A DNA stretch of 64,000 nt from an uncultured Mycoplasmatota bacterium (GCA_947571135.1 CANOWY010000005.1:479-64478); one strand, 5' to 3'. Numbered from the stretch's first letter, positions 9,926 to 19,705 are shown. Made by a program: numbers and translations. The notes: generated by a model not told the origin, from the sequence alone.

Positions 9926-10648
9926 ATGAAAAGAAGAATTAATCGTATTCGTTTATTTTCGAATCATAATGAAAAAGCCAAAATGATTGAAGAGCAAGTG
10001 AAAAATCAACTAGAAGAAAAAGAGTTTTTAGTGGTGGAGAAAGATTACGATATGGGACTTGCTATTGGTGGAGATGGTTCCTTTCTAAGAATGGTAAAGC
10101 AAACTGAATTTTAACCTAATCTTTACTATGCGGGAATTAACGCAGGAACACTCGGTTTTTTACAAGAAATTAAAATAGAAGGAATTGTTGATTTTATTGA
10201 GAAATTAAATCATAATGAATTTAAAATAGATGAGGCAAGTGTACAAGAAACAAATGTTATCACAAAGAGTGATTCTAAAAGTATTTGTCTTTGCATGAAT
10301 TCGTTGTTCGAGATAAGTACCTAAATACTACAATTTTGAAAGTATATGTGAATGGGGAATTGTTGGAAAGATTTGTTGGTGATGGAATTTTAATTTCTAC
10401 TTCAACTGGCTCTACTGCTTATAATTAAAGTTTTGGAGGTTCAATAGTATAGGAAAGTTTGCATACTTTACAAATCGCTTTGATTGCCACTTAATAATAA
10501 ATCTTATCGAAATTTGTTAAATGCAGTAGTTGTTCCAGAAAATGCTAAAATTACGTTAGTACCAGATAAAGAAAAAATGGATTTAGTGATTAGTGTAGAT
10601 GGTGAAAATGAAGAGCATAATAAAGTAGAAAAACTAAAATTATGGTAA
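9926..10648 (+). pseudogene. nadK: NAD kinase pseudogene (multiple in-frame stops and frameshifts)
   Basis: N-terminal GGDGSFLR motif ends at TAA 10112; downstream frames still encode GINAGTLGFLQEI, DGILISTSTGSTAYN*SFGG (stop inside the NDGxxxSTPTGSTAY motif) and C-terminal VVVPENAKITLVPDKE..DGENE. Confidence 0.75.
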
Positions 10649-10683
10649 GAAATAAAAAAATAAATTGTTTAAGATGTATGATT

Positions 10684-10702
10684 ATGATTTTACAAAAATC
10701 AT
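10684..10702. promoter_or_regulatory. 19-bp inverted repeat ATGATTTT-ACA-AAAATCAT 37 nt upstream of nrtR start
   Basis: Perfect 8-bp arms; position consistent with (auto)regulatory operator. Confidence 0.3.
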
Positions 10703-10738
10703 TCATGAAAAGTTTTTAAAATAAAATGAGGTGTAGAC

Positions 10739-11566
10739 ATGAAAGAATATAAAACGGAAGAAGAATTTTTACGTGATTATGATGCTTCTCAATTTGATCC
10801 GTTCTCTTTAACAAGTGATATTTTAATTTTTAGTGTTTCTGATGAGTTACAAGAAAATTATCGAAAGTTAAATAAAAAATATTTTAGTATATTGCTTGTA
10901 AAAAGAAATACCTATCCTTATAAGGATAAATGGTGTTTGCCAGGTGGTTTTGTAAAAATTGATGAAGACATTGAAGAGGCTGCTGAAAGAATTTTAAAAG
11001 TAGAAACTAATATTGAGGATATTTATTTAGAACAACTTTATACATACGGTAATCCTAAAAGAGATCCAAGAATGCGTGTTATTTCTACTTCTTATATGGC
11101 CTTAATTGATAAAAACAGACTAAATGTAGATGTAACAAAAAATGCTTCATGGTTTAATGTCATGATTTTAGAGGATGAAAGAAGAACAGATGTTACACTT
11201 GATAATGGAAATGAAATTATACGATTTAAAATTAAGAAAACGCTTAAAGAAAAAACAACAGATCGTTATAAATATGAAATTATTGAGAATGAAAAACTTG
11301 CATTTGATCACCCTCTTGTGATAGTAAGTGGAATTTCAAGATTAAAAAATAAATTAGAATATACAGATATTGTCTTTAACATGATGCCTACTTATTTTAC
11401 TTTAGGGGAACTACAACAAGTTTATGAGGTTATTCTTGGTAAGAAATTGTTAGATCCTGCTTTTCGTCGTATTATCAAAGATAAAGTTGAAAAAACAGAT
11501 AAAATGCAAACTGGTGGAGGCCATAGACCTTCTGCATTATTTCGATATAAGTCATTTAGGGAATAA
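10739..11566 (+). CDS. nrtR: NrtR-family Nudix-related transcriptional regulator of NAD metabolism
   Basis: N-terminal Nudix-like domain (degenerate Nudix box GGFVKIDEDIEEAAERILKVET) plus C-terminal winged-helix domain; located in NAD gene cluster. Confidence 0.8.
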   Translation: MKEYKTEEEFLRDYDASQFDPFSLTSDILIFSVSDELQENYRKLNKKYFSILLVKRNTYPYKDKWCLPGGFVKIDEDIEEAAERILKVETNIEDIYLEQLYTYGNPKRDPRMRVISTSYMALIDKNRLNVDVTKNASWFNVMILEDERRTDVTLDNGNEIIRFKIKKTLKEKTTDRYKYEIIENEKLAFDHPLVIVSGISRLKNKLEYTDIVFNMMPTYFTLGELQQVYEVILGKKLLDPAFRRIIKDKVEKTDKMQTGGGHRPSALFRYKSFRE

Positions 11567-11839
11567 GCCTAATGGCTTTTTTAATTTTTCTAAAGAAAAA
11601 TTCGTATATTTTACTATATCTATCTAATGAGGAAGTTTATAAGTAAAGTGATTTTTAAATGTTATGTTTAATTAAGGAGGCCATAAGTCCTTTTTTTATT
11701 GCTAGTAAAAACATCTAATTCTTTTCTTTAAAATATTCTATATTTCTTTTTGCAAAAGGCAATAGTAAAAAAGTAGAATATGTGGTAAAATGGTAATAAT
11801 AGATGGGGTTTTTGATTAAGATTTAAGAGGTGAATGTGT

Positions 11840-12352
11840 ATGACACAAAAGTTAGCCAATTTTATAGTAGGTTTGTTTAGTGGGATTGCAGGAAGTTTAT
11901 TTGGAAAATACTTGGTTATTTTTATTATTAGTATGGTTCCAATATTAGAATTACGTGGTGGTTTAATTGCTGCTAGTTTATTTAATCTTCCCATGTGGCA
12001 AAGTTTTTTTCTTTGTTTTATAGGGAATATTATACCTATCCCTTTTATATTATGGTTGATTAATCCGATATTTCGCAAAATGAGAGAGTGGAAACATTTA
12101 GGGAAATTGGTTCTTTGGTGTGAAGAAAAGGCACATTCTAAACAAGAGAAAATCGAGAATTTAAAGTATTTAGGCTTATTTTTATTTGTTGGGATTCCAG
12201 TACCAGGTACTGGTGCTTGGATGGGGTGCTTAATTGCTGCACTTCTTGATATGGATAAGAAAAAGTCTTTGGTAGCAGCGCTTCTTGGTGTTGTTCTTGC
12301 AGGTATTATTATGCTTATTTTTTCTTATGGTGTTTTAGGAAGGATTTTTTAA
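11840..12352 (+). CDS. Small multi-pass membrane protein (putative small multidrug-export/COG2426-like)
   Basis: PILELRGG motif and 4-5 hydrophobic helices; RBS AGAGGTG precedes ATG 11840. Confidence 0.55.
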   Translation: MTQKLANFIVGLFSGIAGSLFGKYLVIFIISMVPILELRGGLIAASLFNLPMWQSFFLCFIGNIIPIPFILWLINPIFRKMREWKHLGKLVLWCEEKAHSKQEKIENLKYLGLFLFVGIPVPGTGAWMGCLIAALLDMDKKKSLVAALLGVVLAGIIMLIFSYGVLGRIF

Positions 12353-12970
12353 ATGAAACATTTATATTTTGTAAGTAATAATTTGGTTAGTAAATTAAAT
12401 GTTATTCACTCAAAGGAAACAACTTTTAAAAGTGCTAGAAAGAAAACAATGTTAAGCAAAAAAGGGGAAGAACTGGCTATTTCTTTAATTAAAATGCAGG
12501 TTTTGGAGAATGTTGAAGTTGTATATACTTCTGAGTATTTTGGAGCAATGAATACCGGAAAATATCTAGCAGAGGATAAAAGAATTGATTTAGTTGTCGA
12601 TAAAAGATTGAATGAGCGTGTCGTAGGAGAACTTGGTACAAATGAATTTCGATATTTAAAAGGAATGCAGGAGCATGACTTTAATTTTAAATTAGAAAAT
12701 GGGGAATCTATTTTAGATGTTCAAAAGCGAATGGAAGATTTTTTGTTGGATGCTCTTATTGGGCCTGAAAAAAATATGTTAATTGTTACGCATAATATTG
12801 CTCTTATGAGTTTACTTGCTAAGTATTGCAATAAAGGATATAATCTATATGATCATCTTATTTTGGATTATCATGATGAAGTAATGTTTGATGGTACTTT
12901 TCATGAGATGGACTTAATTGAATTTGTGTATGATGAAGATAAATGTGTTGGATTTAGAAGGATATTATGA
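12353..12970 (+). CDS. Histidine-phosphatase (phosphoglycerate-mutase-like) family protein with degenerate active site
   Basis: LYFVSNN in place of the canonical LYxxRHG phosphohistidine motif; second region IVTHNIALMSLL. Confidence 0.5.
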   Translation: MKHLYFVSNNLVSKLNVIHSKETTFKSARKKTMLSKKGEELAISLIKMQVLENVEVVYTSEYFGAMNTGKYLAEDKRIDLVVDKRLNERVVGELGTNEFRYLKGMQEHDFNFKLENGESILDVQKRMEDFLLDALIGPEKNMLIVTHNIALMSLLAKYCNKGYNLYDHLILDYHDEVMFDGTFHEMDLIEFVYDEDKCVGFRRIL

Positions 12971-13048
12971 TGAAAATTAAAGTATGGCAAGCCCTATGTA
13001 TCAGTATTTTGTGTTTGTTATTTGTTGTAGAAGTTATGTTGCTTCTAT

Positions 13049-13312
13049 TTGCAGGGTGTTAATATGAATAAAGAGATTTCTTTAAAAAAGTTTTTAATTT
13101 GCTTGAGCGTATTTTTGTTCATTGTGATGATTGTTTTATATTTTTACATTACCAAAACAAAGCCTTTTTGTAAAAAGGATAGTCATCCTTGTTATGAAGC
13201 AATTTGTAATTCTTGTACAGTACAAGATAATAAAAAAGTTTGTAGTGATTGCAGTGTATTTAATGAAAAAAATGAAAGAGTTTGGACGGGAGGGTGTATA
13301 TTTGACCGTTAG
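13049..13312 (+). CDS. Small membrane-anchored Cys-rich protein (hypothetical)
   Basis: N-terminal TM helix then 8 Cys in 45 aa. Confidence 0.3.
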   Translation: MQGVNMNKEISLKKFLICLSVFLFIVMIVLYFYITKTKPFCKKDSHPCYEAICNSCTVQDNKKVCSDCSVFNEKNERVWTGGCIFDR

Positions 13313-13347
13313 ACTCTTTTTGTTTGTCATAAAAATATACTATATTG

Positions 13348-13605
13348 CTATAGTATATTTTCAAAATCATAGTAACCATCAGCTTTGGCACTTTTTAATT
13401 CTTCTTTAGGTTCTTCTATTTTATTATTTTTTTCTACTCTGCTTGGAGTAAAAGGTAATGCTTGGTTTCTTACGCATTGCGCTAAAAACATATTTAAGGC
13501 AACGCTTGTATTTAGTCCAAGTTCTCTAAATAATGTATCTGCTTGTTTTTTTAGTTCTTTATCTACACGAAAACTCATGTTGATTGCTTCGTTAATTTTT
13601 GCCAA
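13348..13605 (-). CDS. RelB/DinJ-family antitoxin-like ribbon-helix-helix protein
   Basis: MSFRVDKELKKQADTLFRELGLNTSVALNMFLAQCVRNQALPF matches DinJ consensus; no RelE/YafQ-like partner detectable on either side. Confidence 0.7.
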   Translation of the reverse strand: MAKINEAINMSFRVDKELKKQADTLFRELGLNTSVALNMFLAQCVRNQALPFTPSRVEKNNKIEEPKEELKSAKADGYYDFENIL

Positions 13606-13694
13606 TGTATATCAACCTACTTTCTATTTAAAGAATACTATTTTTTAGGATTAAAGTCAATAAAAGTTCAATATACATTCAATATGGTTATGTA

Positions 13695-13931
13695 TTAATC
13701 TTCGTTTTTGCAATTTTTAGGATAGGATTTACGTTCATTAGTTAGTCCAACTAGATAGTCAATACTAGTATTGTAAAAGTTAGCAAGTGTAGCATATTTT
13801 TCAATTGGCATTGCTACAATTCCGAGTTCATAACGTGAATAGTTTTGCTGGGGAATGTTTAGAACTTTGGCTATATCTTTTTGGTATAAATCTTTGTCTT
13901 CTCTAATTTCCTTTAATCTTTCTATATTCAT
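13695..13931 (-). CDS. XRE-family HTH transcriptional regulator
   Basis: HTH_3 pattern LYQKDIAKVLNIPQQNYSRYE; RBS AGAGGTG before ATG at 13931. Confidence 0.7.
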   Translation of the reverse strand: MNIERLKEIREDKDLYQKDIAKVLNIPQQNYSRYELGIVAMPIEKYATLANFYNTSIDYLVGLTNERKSYPKNCKNED

Positions 13932-14051
13932 GTGCACCTCTGCTGTCATTTTCTCATACACCAAAAAATATGTATTGAAACAAAACCAAATATGGTGTAT
14001 GATTATTAAAAATACATCATATGTGATGTATACGGTGTAAGAGAGGAAAAT

Positions 14052-15590
14052 ATGAAAAAAGTAAATTTAAGAAAAAGTGAAAAGAAAATACTCATAATAA
14101 GTAGTATAGGAATACTACTCACAATCATAATAGGAATCAGTTATGCCTATATAGCGTATAGTACAAGACAAGAAGGAATCAATGTCATAGAAACCGATTG
14201 TATTAATATAACTATGGAAGAACTCACGAATGCAATCCATTTAACAAATGCACATCCTATAACGGATGAAGTAGGAAATACTCTAAAACCATTTCGCTTT
14301 AAACTCACAAATACTTGTGGAGTCGGAGTAGACTATAACGTAAACTTAGAAGTAATGGAAACAGAATCTCGAATAGCAAGTAAGAACATAGCAACAAAAG
14401 TAGATGAGAACACTAAAAGTATTTTAAGTAATAATCCAACTGCCCCTATAACCTACCAAGAAAGCGATTATACCGCAGTAGAAGCGTATACGATACATAG
14501 TGGAAGTATAGAACCCTATGGAAGTGTCGAACATGAGGTAAGAATATGGTTAGATGAAAGTGCAGGAAATGATTCACAAAACGGAACATTCTATAGTAAA
14601 GTTGTAATTGACGCTAGACAAAATCAAACAATTGCTATTAACTTTAATGAATATATAATAAACCAGGTGGAAGACAATCCATCTATAGAAGAGTTTAGTC
14701 ATGAAGCAACAAATCAGACAGTTGCACTAAAAGATTATCGTTATGTAGGAAGTGATCCTAATAACTATGTATGTTTAAGTGAAGAAGAGGTATGTTCAAA
14801 AGATAACCTATATCGAATCATAGGAGTAATACCAACACAAAGTGAAGTTGGTGGAGAGTATGAAAACCGTATTAAACTCATAAAAAACACTAGTTATGTT
14901 GGGCAAACTATTCGTAGTGGGGTTCCTTATGGTGAAAATCAAAGAGGATATACATTTTCTTCAACTAATAGTGCTGATTGGAATTCAGTTAGTTTAAGTG
15001 CAACTTTAAATGGGGAATACTATAATACATTAGGTAAATATCAAAATTACATCGAAGCAAGTGTATGGTATTTAGGTTCAATTGGAACAACATTGGCATT
15101 GACAGTGCAAAGTGCTGCTTATCCAGGAAATAAATTTACACCAGAGAATTTTTACGTAGCAGAAAGAACAGGAAGTACAAGTACAATTAAAAATATAGGC
15201 TTAATGTATACAAGTGATTATGGATATTCTATAGGAAGTGAGTATAGTGCTAAAGTTATAAATAGCAATACAAGTGCATACCAAACTTTAGCCTGGTTAC
15301 TTTATAAACCTGAAACAAATTCTCATGAATGGACTATTTCGCCATCTTCTAGTTATTCTAATTGTTTGGGGCCTTTTGCAAATATTATCCAATATAATGG
15401 AGTTGTTTATGATAGCAGTACTAAGACATCTGTATCTGTTAATTCCTGTTTTTTAGGAGATAAAATTGATCCTGATCGTAGTTATGGGGCTCTTAACGTA
15501 CGTCCAACATTTTATTTAAAAAATAATGTTGTTAAGATAAAAGGAAATGGTACAGAAGAAGATCCATACCGAATTGGTATTGATGAATAG
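14052..15590 (+). CDS. Membrane-anchored large exported protein (hypothetical, Ser/Thr/Asn/Tyr-rich)
   Basis: N-terminal signal-anchor KKILIISSIGILLTIIIGISYAYIAY; 512 aa; flanked by divergent and downstream XRE regulators. Confidence 0.65.
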   Translation: MKKVNLRKSEKKILIISSIGILLTIIIGISYAYIAYSTRQEGINVIETDCINITMEELTNAIHLTNAHPITDEVGNTLKPFRFKLTNTCGVGVDYNVNLEVMETESRIASKNIATKVDENTKSILSNNPTAPITYQESDYTAVEAYTIHSGSIEPYGSVEHEVRIWLDESAGNDSQNGTFYSKVVIDARQNQTIAINFNEYIINQVEDNPSIEEFSHEATNQTVALKDYRYVGSDPNNYVCLSEEEVCSKDNLYRIIGVIPTQSEVGGEYENRIKLIKNTSYVGQTIRSGVPYGENQRGYTFSSTNSADWNSVSLSATLNGEYYNTLGKYQNYIEASVWYLGSIGTTLALTVQSAAYPGNKFTPENFYVAERTGSTSTIKNIGLMYTSDYGYSIGSEYSAKVINSNTSAYQTLAWLLYKPETNSHEWTISPSSSYSNCLGPFANIIQYNGVVYDSSTKTSVSVNSCFLGDKIDPDRSYGALNVRPTFYLKNNVVKIKGNGTEEDPYRIGIDE

Positions 15591-15774
15591 CATTAATTTA
15601 AAAAGCATTAGAAAAAATGCTGGTTTTAGTCAACAGGAACTAGCGAATTTACTAGGAATTAAGCAACAACAATATTCAAGATACGAAACAAAGGCTAATC
15701 AAATTTCTTTAGGGATATTTTTAAAAATATTGACTGTTTGCAATTTAGAAATAAAAATAGAGACTAAAAAATGA
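15583..15774 (+). CDS. XRE-family HTH transcriptional regulator
   Basis: SQQELANLLGIKQQQYSRYE HTH; ATG overlaps upstream gene stop by 8 nt. Confidence 0.6.
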   Translation: MNSINLKSIRKNAGFSQQELANLLGIKQQQYSRYETKANQISLGIFLKILTVCNLEIKIETKK

Positions 15775-15786
15775 TGTTAGTCTCTT

Positions 15787-15987
15787 TTATGATTCTTTTT
15801 CGTTTGGATCAATACATTTCCAATTTACAGTGCCACAAGTTGTACAAATATAAGGTACTAATGTTTTTTTATCTTGTGGTTTTTCATATTTTTCGACAAT
15901 TTCAACACAAAGTAAGCCTGTTTCTTTATCCATATAGGCTTTACCTTGCTTTGAATCTTTACAATCTCCACAATTTTGATTTTTCAT
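15787..15987 (-). CDS. Small zinc-ribbon protein (CxxC...CxxC)
   Basis: CGDC...CTTC pairs; strong RBS AAGGAGG upstream on minus strand. Confidence 0.55.
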   Translation of the reverse strand: MKNQNCGDCKDSKQGKAYMDKETGLLCVEIVEKYEKPQDKKTLVPYICTTCGTVNWKCIDPNEKES

Positions 15988-16049
15988 AATTTTCCTCCTT
16001 GTTATTTAATATGGCTATTATTTATGATAAAATACAAGTAGGTGAAAAT

Positions 16050-16493
16050 ATGAAGGCAATTACCATTAAACAACCTTTTGCTACGTTGATTGCAAAAGGG
16101 TTTAAGGAATATGAATTTCGCACTTGGAGAACTAAGTATAGAGGAGAAATTTTAATTCATGCCGGAAAAGGAATAGATAAAAAGGCCATGGAACGATTTA
16201 AACATTTTAACTTAGAATATCCAACTGGTTGTATAATTGCTAAGGCAAAACTAGTTGATTGTGTGTATATAGATGATGATAAGGTGGATTTATTGCGTAA
16301 AAAAAATCCTTTAGTATATTATGGAATTATTCACAAAGAAGATTATAAAGACCGTTATAATAAAACGTGGGATGGCTATGGATTTAAATTAGAAAATCTT
16401 GTAGAAGTAGAACCAATTTATATAAATGGTAAATTAAGTTTATGGGATTATGAAGGTGAGATTCATGAAAAAGTTAGTAAAAGTGGGAATTAG
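16050..16493 (+). CDS. ASCH-domain (PUA-like) protein
   Basis: MKAITIKQPFATLIAKGFKEYEFR matches ASCH N-terminal consensus; RBS AGGTGA. Confidence 0.7.
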   Translation: MKAITIKQPFATLIAKGFKEYEFRTWRTKYRGEILIHAGKGIDKKAMERFKHFNLEYPTGCIIAKAKLVDCVYIDDDKVDLLRKKNPLVYYGIIHKEDYKDRYNKTWDGYGFKLENLVEVEPIYINGKLSLWDYEGEIHEKVSKSGN

Positions 16494-17028
16494 TAATCGT
16501 CATGTACATTTGACGAAAGAGGTTTATAAAACGTTATTTTCAAGTGAGTTGACTAAGAAAAAGGATTTAACTCAAATTGGTGATTTTGCTGCAAATGAAA
16601 CACTTACTTTAAAAACAGAAAAAGGTATGATAGAGAATGTTCGAATTATTGGACCCTATCGAAATTATAATCAAGTAGAGATTTCAAAAAGTGATGCGAG
16701 AAAGTTAGGTTTAAACCCTCCTGTTCGTAAGAGTGGAGATTTAGAAAACAGTGAGACTATAACGATAATAGGGGAAAAGGGAGAAATTACTCTAGAGAAT
16801 GTTTGTATTTTAGCAGAACGTCATATTCATTTGAATCCTAGTGATGCTCTAAATTGGCAAGTAAAAGATGGAGATATGGTATCTGTTTCGGTAAAGGGAG
16901 ACAAATCTTGTCTTTTAAATGCACATATTAAAGTAAGTGAAAATGGAGTGCCAGCCTTTCATATAGATACGGACGATGCGAATGCCGCACTTCTTAATAA
17001 TGATGAGGAAGTGGAAGTCCTTCTATGA
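16465..17028 (+). CDS. pduL: PduL-family phosphate acyltransferase
   Basis: Two PduL repeats with GISNRHVHL and AERHIHL motifs. Confidence 0.75.
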   Translation: MKKLVKVGISNRHVHLTKEVYKTLFSSELTKKKDLTQIGDFAANETLTLKTEKGMIENVRIIGPYRNYNQVEISKSDARKLGLNPPVRKSGDLENSETITIIGEKGEITLENVCILAERHIHLNPSDALNWQVKDGDMVSVSVKGDKSCLLNAHIKVSENGVPAFHIDTDDANAALLNNDEEVEVLL

Positions 17029-17651
17029 AAACTATTCGAATAGAAGATGTAGATTTAAATAGGACATTTTTTCATTTTACAGATAAAGAAAATTTAGAGA
17101 GTATTAAAATGTATGGCTTAGTTGCTAAATGTGGAGATTCTTCTCTTTTGGTTAATGATAAATCAAGAGTTTGTTTATCTCAAGGTGGAAAAGGATTATT
17201 AGGGATAAAAAATTCATTTTTATATACTTTTAAACATACTCGAATTTGTGATATACCATATTCTTTTAGAAAATATTTTTCAATTATGGATTTTACTAGT
17301 GAGGATTACCCTTTAGAAAATCAAGTCAATGAGGCGATGATAAAAAAGTTTTTGGATGAAATTTATTTTGTTGTTGATGCTGTTTTAGGAGAAGATTATT
17401 TAAAAGAGGAAATGCATGGTTTTACTACTTCCTTTGACATTAAGGGAATTGAAAATCATGATATAGATGTATCTAAATTATCTTTAGTAATGAGTAGTGA
17501 AGGATTTAGTGCCCTCGATATTATGAGATATGTTTATAAAAGATTGCAACAAGTATTTTCGGATGAAATGATAAAAGACATGTTAAGTGATTTATATGAT
17601 TTTTTTGTATTTGTTGATAACTATGAATATGCTAATCAAAAAAGTAGATAG
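17025..17651 (+). CDS. Hypothetical protein
   Basis: 208-aa ORF overlapping pduL stop by 4 nt; N-terminal FFHFTDKENLESIKMYGL is at most a weak DarT/DUF4433-like resemblance, no assigned domain. Confidence 0.45.
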   Translation: MKTIRIEDVDLNRTFFHFTDKENLESIKMYGLVAKCGDSSLLVNDKSRVCLSQGGKGLLGIKNSFLYTFKHTRICDIPYSFRKYFSIMDFTSEDYPLENQVNEAMIKKFLDEIYFVVDAVLGEDYLKEEMHGFTTSFDIKGIENHDIDVSKLSLVMSSEGFSALDIMRYVYKRLQQVFSDEMIKDMLSDLYDFFVFVDNYEYANQKSR

Positions 17652-17757
17652 TTTGTCATTATTGTTTACAATTTAAAGTTTTAATAAGAATTGGCCTCCC
17701 AAAAAAAGGAAATATCAAATTTACGGTGTATATATAAGAGCATAGGAGGTATTTTAG

Positions 17758-18621
17758 ATGGAACTTAGATTTTTAAATGATAAGGTTATTAAAAAGGTTT
17801 TATCTTTTGAAAACCAAGATATTCGAAATTATATTGCCAGAATTATAGCCCATACTACAAATATTCCTTATGAATGTTTAAAGGATAATTTAGTTCCTGT
17901 TCATCCCGAGTTTGGAAGTAATGCTCATATTGTGAATTCTACTGGGGATTTACCATTTTTTGATGGAAATGTTTATTTTGGAATAGAAGTGAATTATAGT
18001 AGAAGTCATACTACAAAAAGAAAAAGCCTTACGTATGGGTATCAATTGACATTACGACAACTTGCAAATTCTGAAAATTATAAAGATTTAAAACCGATTA
18101 CCATTATTAATATTAATGCTCGAGATGGAGTGTATGGCTTAGGAAAATTTGTTTATGAAACGATTTTAATGGAAAAGAAATATCATAAAGAATATACAGA
18201 TTTAATTAAAATTTATGATATTAATCTTTCTTATTTTAAAAAAGTTGATTATAATAGGATTAATGATGGATTATTAAAAGATTTGGCTTTATTTGTAATA
18301 GAAGATGAGAAAATTTTAAAGAGAATCTATGAAGGAGATCGAGAGGTTAAAATGGTAAAGAAAAATTTAGAAAACTTTGTGAAACAATTTGATGAGGCTT
18401 TTTATTGTAGTGAAGAAGAATTACAAAGACAAATTGATGAAGAAATGAAGGAAGAGGGTTTTAACGAAGGCTATAATGATGGATTCAATAATGGGTTTGA
18501 TAAAGGCTCAAAAGAAGAAAAAATTCATATTGCAAAATCGTTATTAAAGATGGAAGGAATATCTAAAGAGCAAATAAGCAAAGCAACAGGGCTTAAAATA
18601 GAAGAAATTAGTGAATTGTAG
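17758..18621 (+). CDS. Rpn-family recombination-promoting nuclease / PD-(D/E)XK putative transposase
   Basis: C-terminal IAKSLLKMEGISKEQISKATGLKIEEISEL tail and N-terminal nuclease-like core typical of Rpn/YhgA-like proteins. Confidence 0.65.
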   Translation: MELRFLNDKVIKKVLSFENQDIRNYIARIIAHTTNIPYECLKDNLVPVHPEFGSNAHIVNSTGDLPFFDGNVYFGIEVNYSRSHTTKRKSLTYGYQLTLRQLANSENYKDLKPITIININARDGVYGLGKFVYETILMEKKYHKEYTDLIKIYDINLSYFKKVDYNRINDGLLKDLALFVIEDEKILKRIYEGDREVKMVKKNLENFVKQFDEAFYCSEEELQRQIDEEMKEEGFNEGYNDGFNNGFDKGSKEEKIHIAKSLLKMEGISKEQISKATGLKIEEISEL

Positions 18622-18715
18622 GAGATTTTTTAAAACTTAATTTGTTAATTAAATATCTTTATTATTGGCATTATATTAGTATAAATAAAAATAACAAAAT
18701 GTAAGGGTGGTAAAA

Positions 18716-19705
18716 ATGTCTTGGAAAATAGGGAATGTTGAAATAAAAAATCGAATTGTAATGGCTCCTATGGCTGGTTTTTCCAATACTAGTTTTCGTA
18801 AAATTATTAAAGAGATGGGTGTAGGACTTATTTATGCTGAGATGGTAAGTGACAAGGCTCTTGTTTACGAAAGTAAAAAAACTTTGGAAATGCTTAAAAT
18901 GGATGAAGAAGAAAGACCTATCGCCCAACAAATTTTTGGTAGTGATGTAGAAAGTTTTGTTACTGCTGCAAAAATTGTAGAGGAGATTATGAAACCTGAT
19001 ATTATTGATATTAATATGGGTTGTCCTGTTCCTAAAGTAGCAATAAAAAATCAAGCAGGTAGTGCACTTTTGAAAAATCCAGAAAAAATTTATGAAATTG
19101 TTTCCTCCGTAGTGAAAGCCGTAAATGTTCCAGTAACTGTTAAGATTAGAAGTGGTTGGGATGAGGCAAGTATCAATGCAGTAGAAGTTGCAAAAGTAAT
19201 TGAAAGTGCTGGAGCAAGTGCTATTACTGTTCACGCTAGAACTAGAAGTCAAGGGTATACTGGTGTTGCAGATTGGAATATTATTAAACAAGTAAAGGAG
19301 AGTGTATCGATTCCTGTTATTGGGAATGGAGATGTAACAAGTTCTTTGCTTGCTAAAAAAATGTTAGAAGAAACTGGGTGTGATGCTGTGATGATAGGAA
19401 GAGGGATTTTAGGGAACCCTTGGCTTGTTCGAGAGTGTGTCGCTTATATTGAAGAAGGAAAACTTATAGATTTACCAAATCCTTTAGAAAAAGTAGCAAT
19501 GATGAAGCGTCATTTTAATATTTTAAAAGAGGATAAAAATGAACATGTGGCTGTTCTTGAAATTCGAACAAATCTTTTATATTATTTGAAAAGTATGCCC
19601 AAAAGTAAAGAAATGAAGCAACAAGTTTGCTCTTGTAAGACAAGTGATGAACTCATATCCATTTTAAATACTTATGAACAAGAACTTAAAGAAAATGATT
19701 TATAA
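18716..19705 (+). CDS. dusB: tRNA-dihydrouridine synthase
   Basis: RIVMAPMAGFSNTSFR, TIM-barrel Dus motifs, catalytic Cys in INMGCP. Confidence 0.85.
   Translation: MSWKIGNVEIKNRIVMAPMAGFSNTSFRKIIKEMGVGLIYAEMVSDKALVYESKKTLEMLKMDEEERPIAQQIFGSDVESFVTAAKIVEEIMKPDIIDINMGCPVPKVAIKNQAGSALLKNPEKIYEIVSSVVKAVNVPVTVKIRSGWDEASINAVEVAKVIESAGASAITVHARTRSQGYTGVADWNIIKQVKESVSIPVIGNGDVTSSLLAKKMLEETGCDAVMIGRGILGNPWLVRECVAYIEEGKLIDLPNPLEKVAMMKRHFNILKEDKNEHVAVLEIRTNLLYYLKSMPKSKEMKQQVCSCKTSDELISILNTYEQELKENDL

Noticed and set aside
11728-12078. 116-aa minus-strand ORF
   Set aside because: Antisense to the better-supported membrane-protein gene 11840-12352
13385-13648. 87-aa plus-strand ORF
   Set aside because: Antisense to the DinJ-like antitoxin gene, which has strong family similarity
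18671-19291. 206-aa minus-strand ORF
   Set aside because: Antisense to dusB, which has clear conserved motifs
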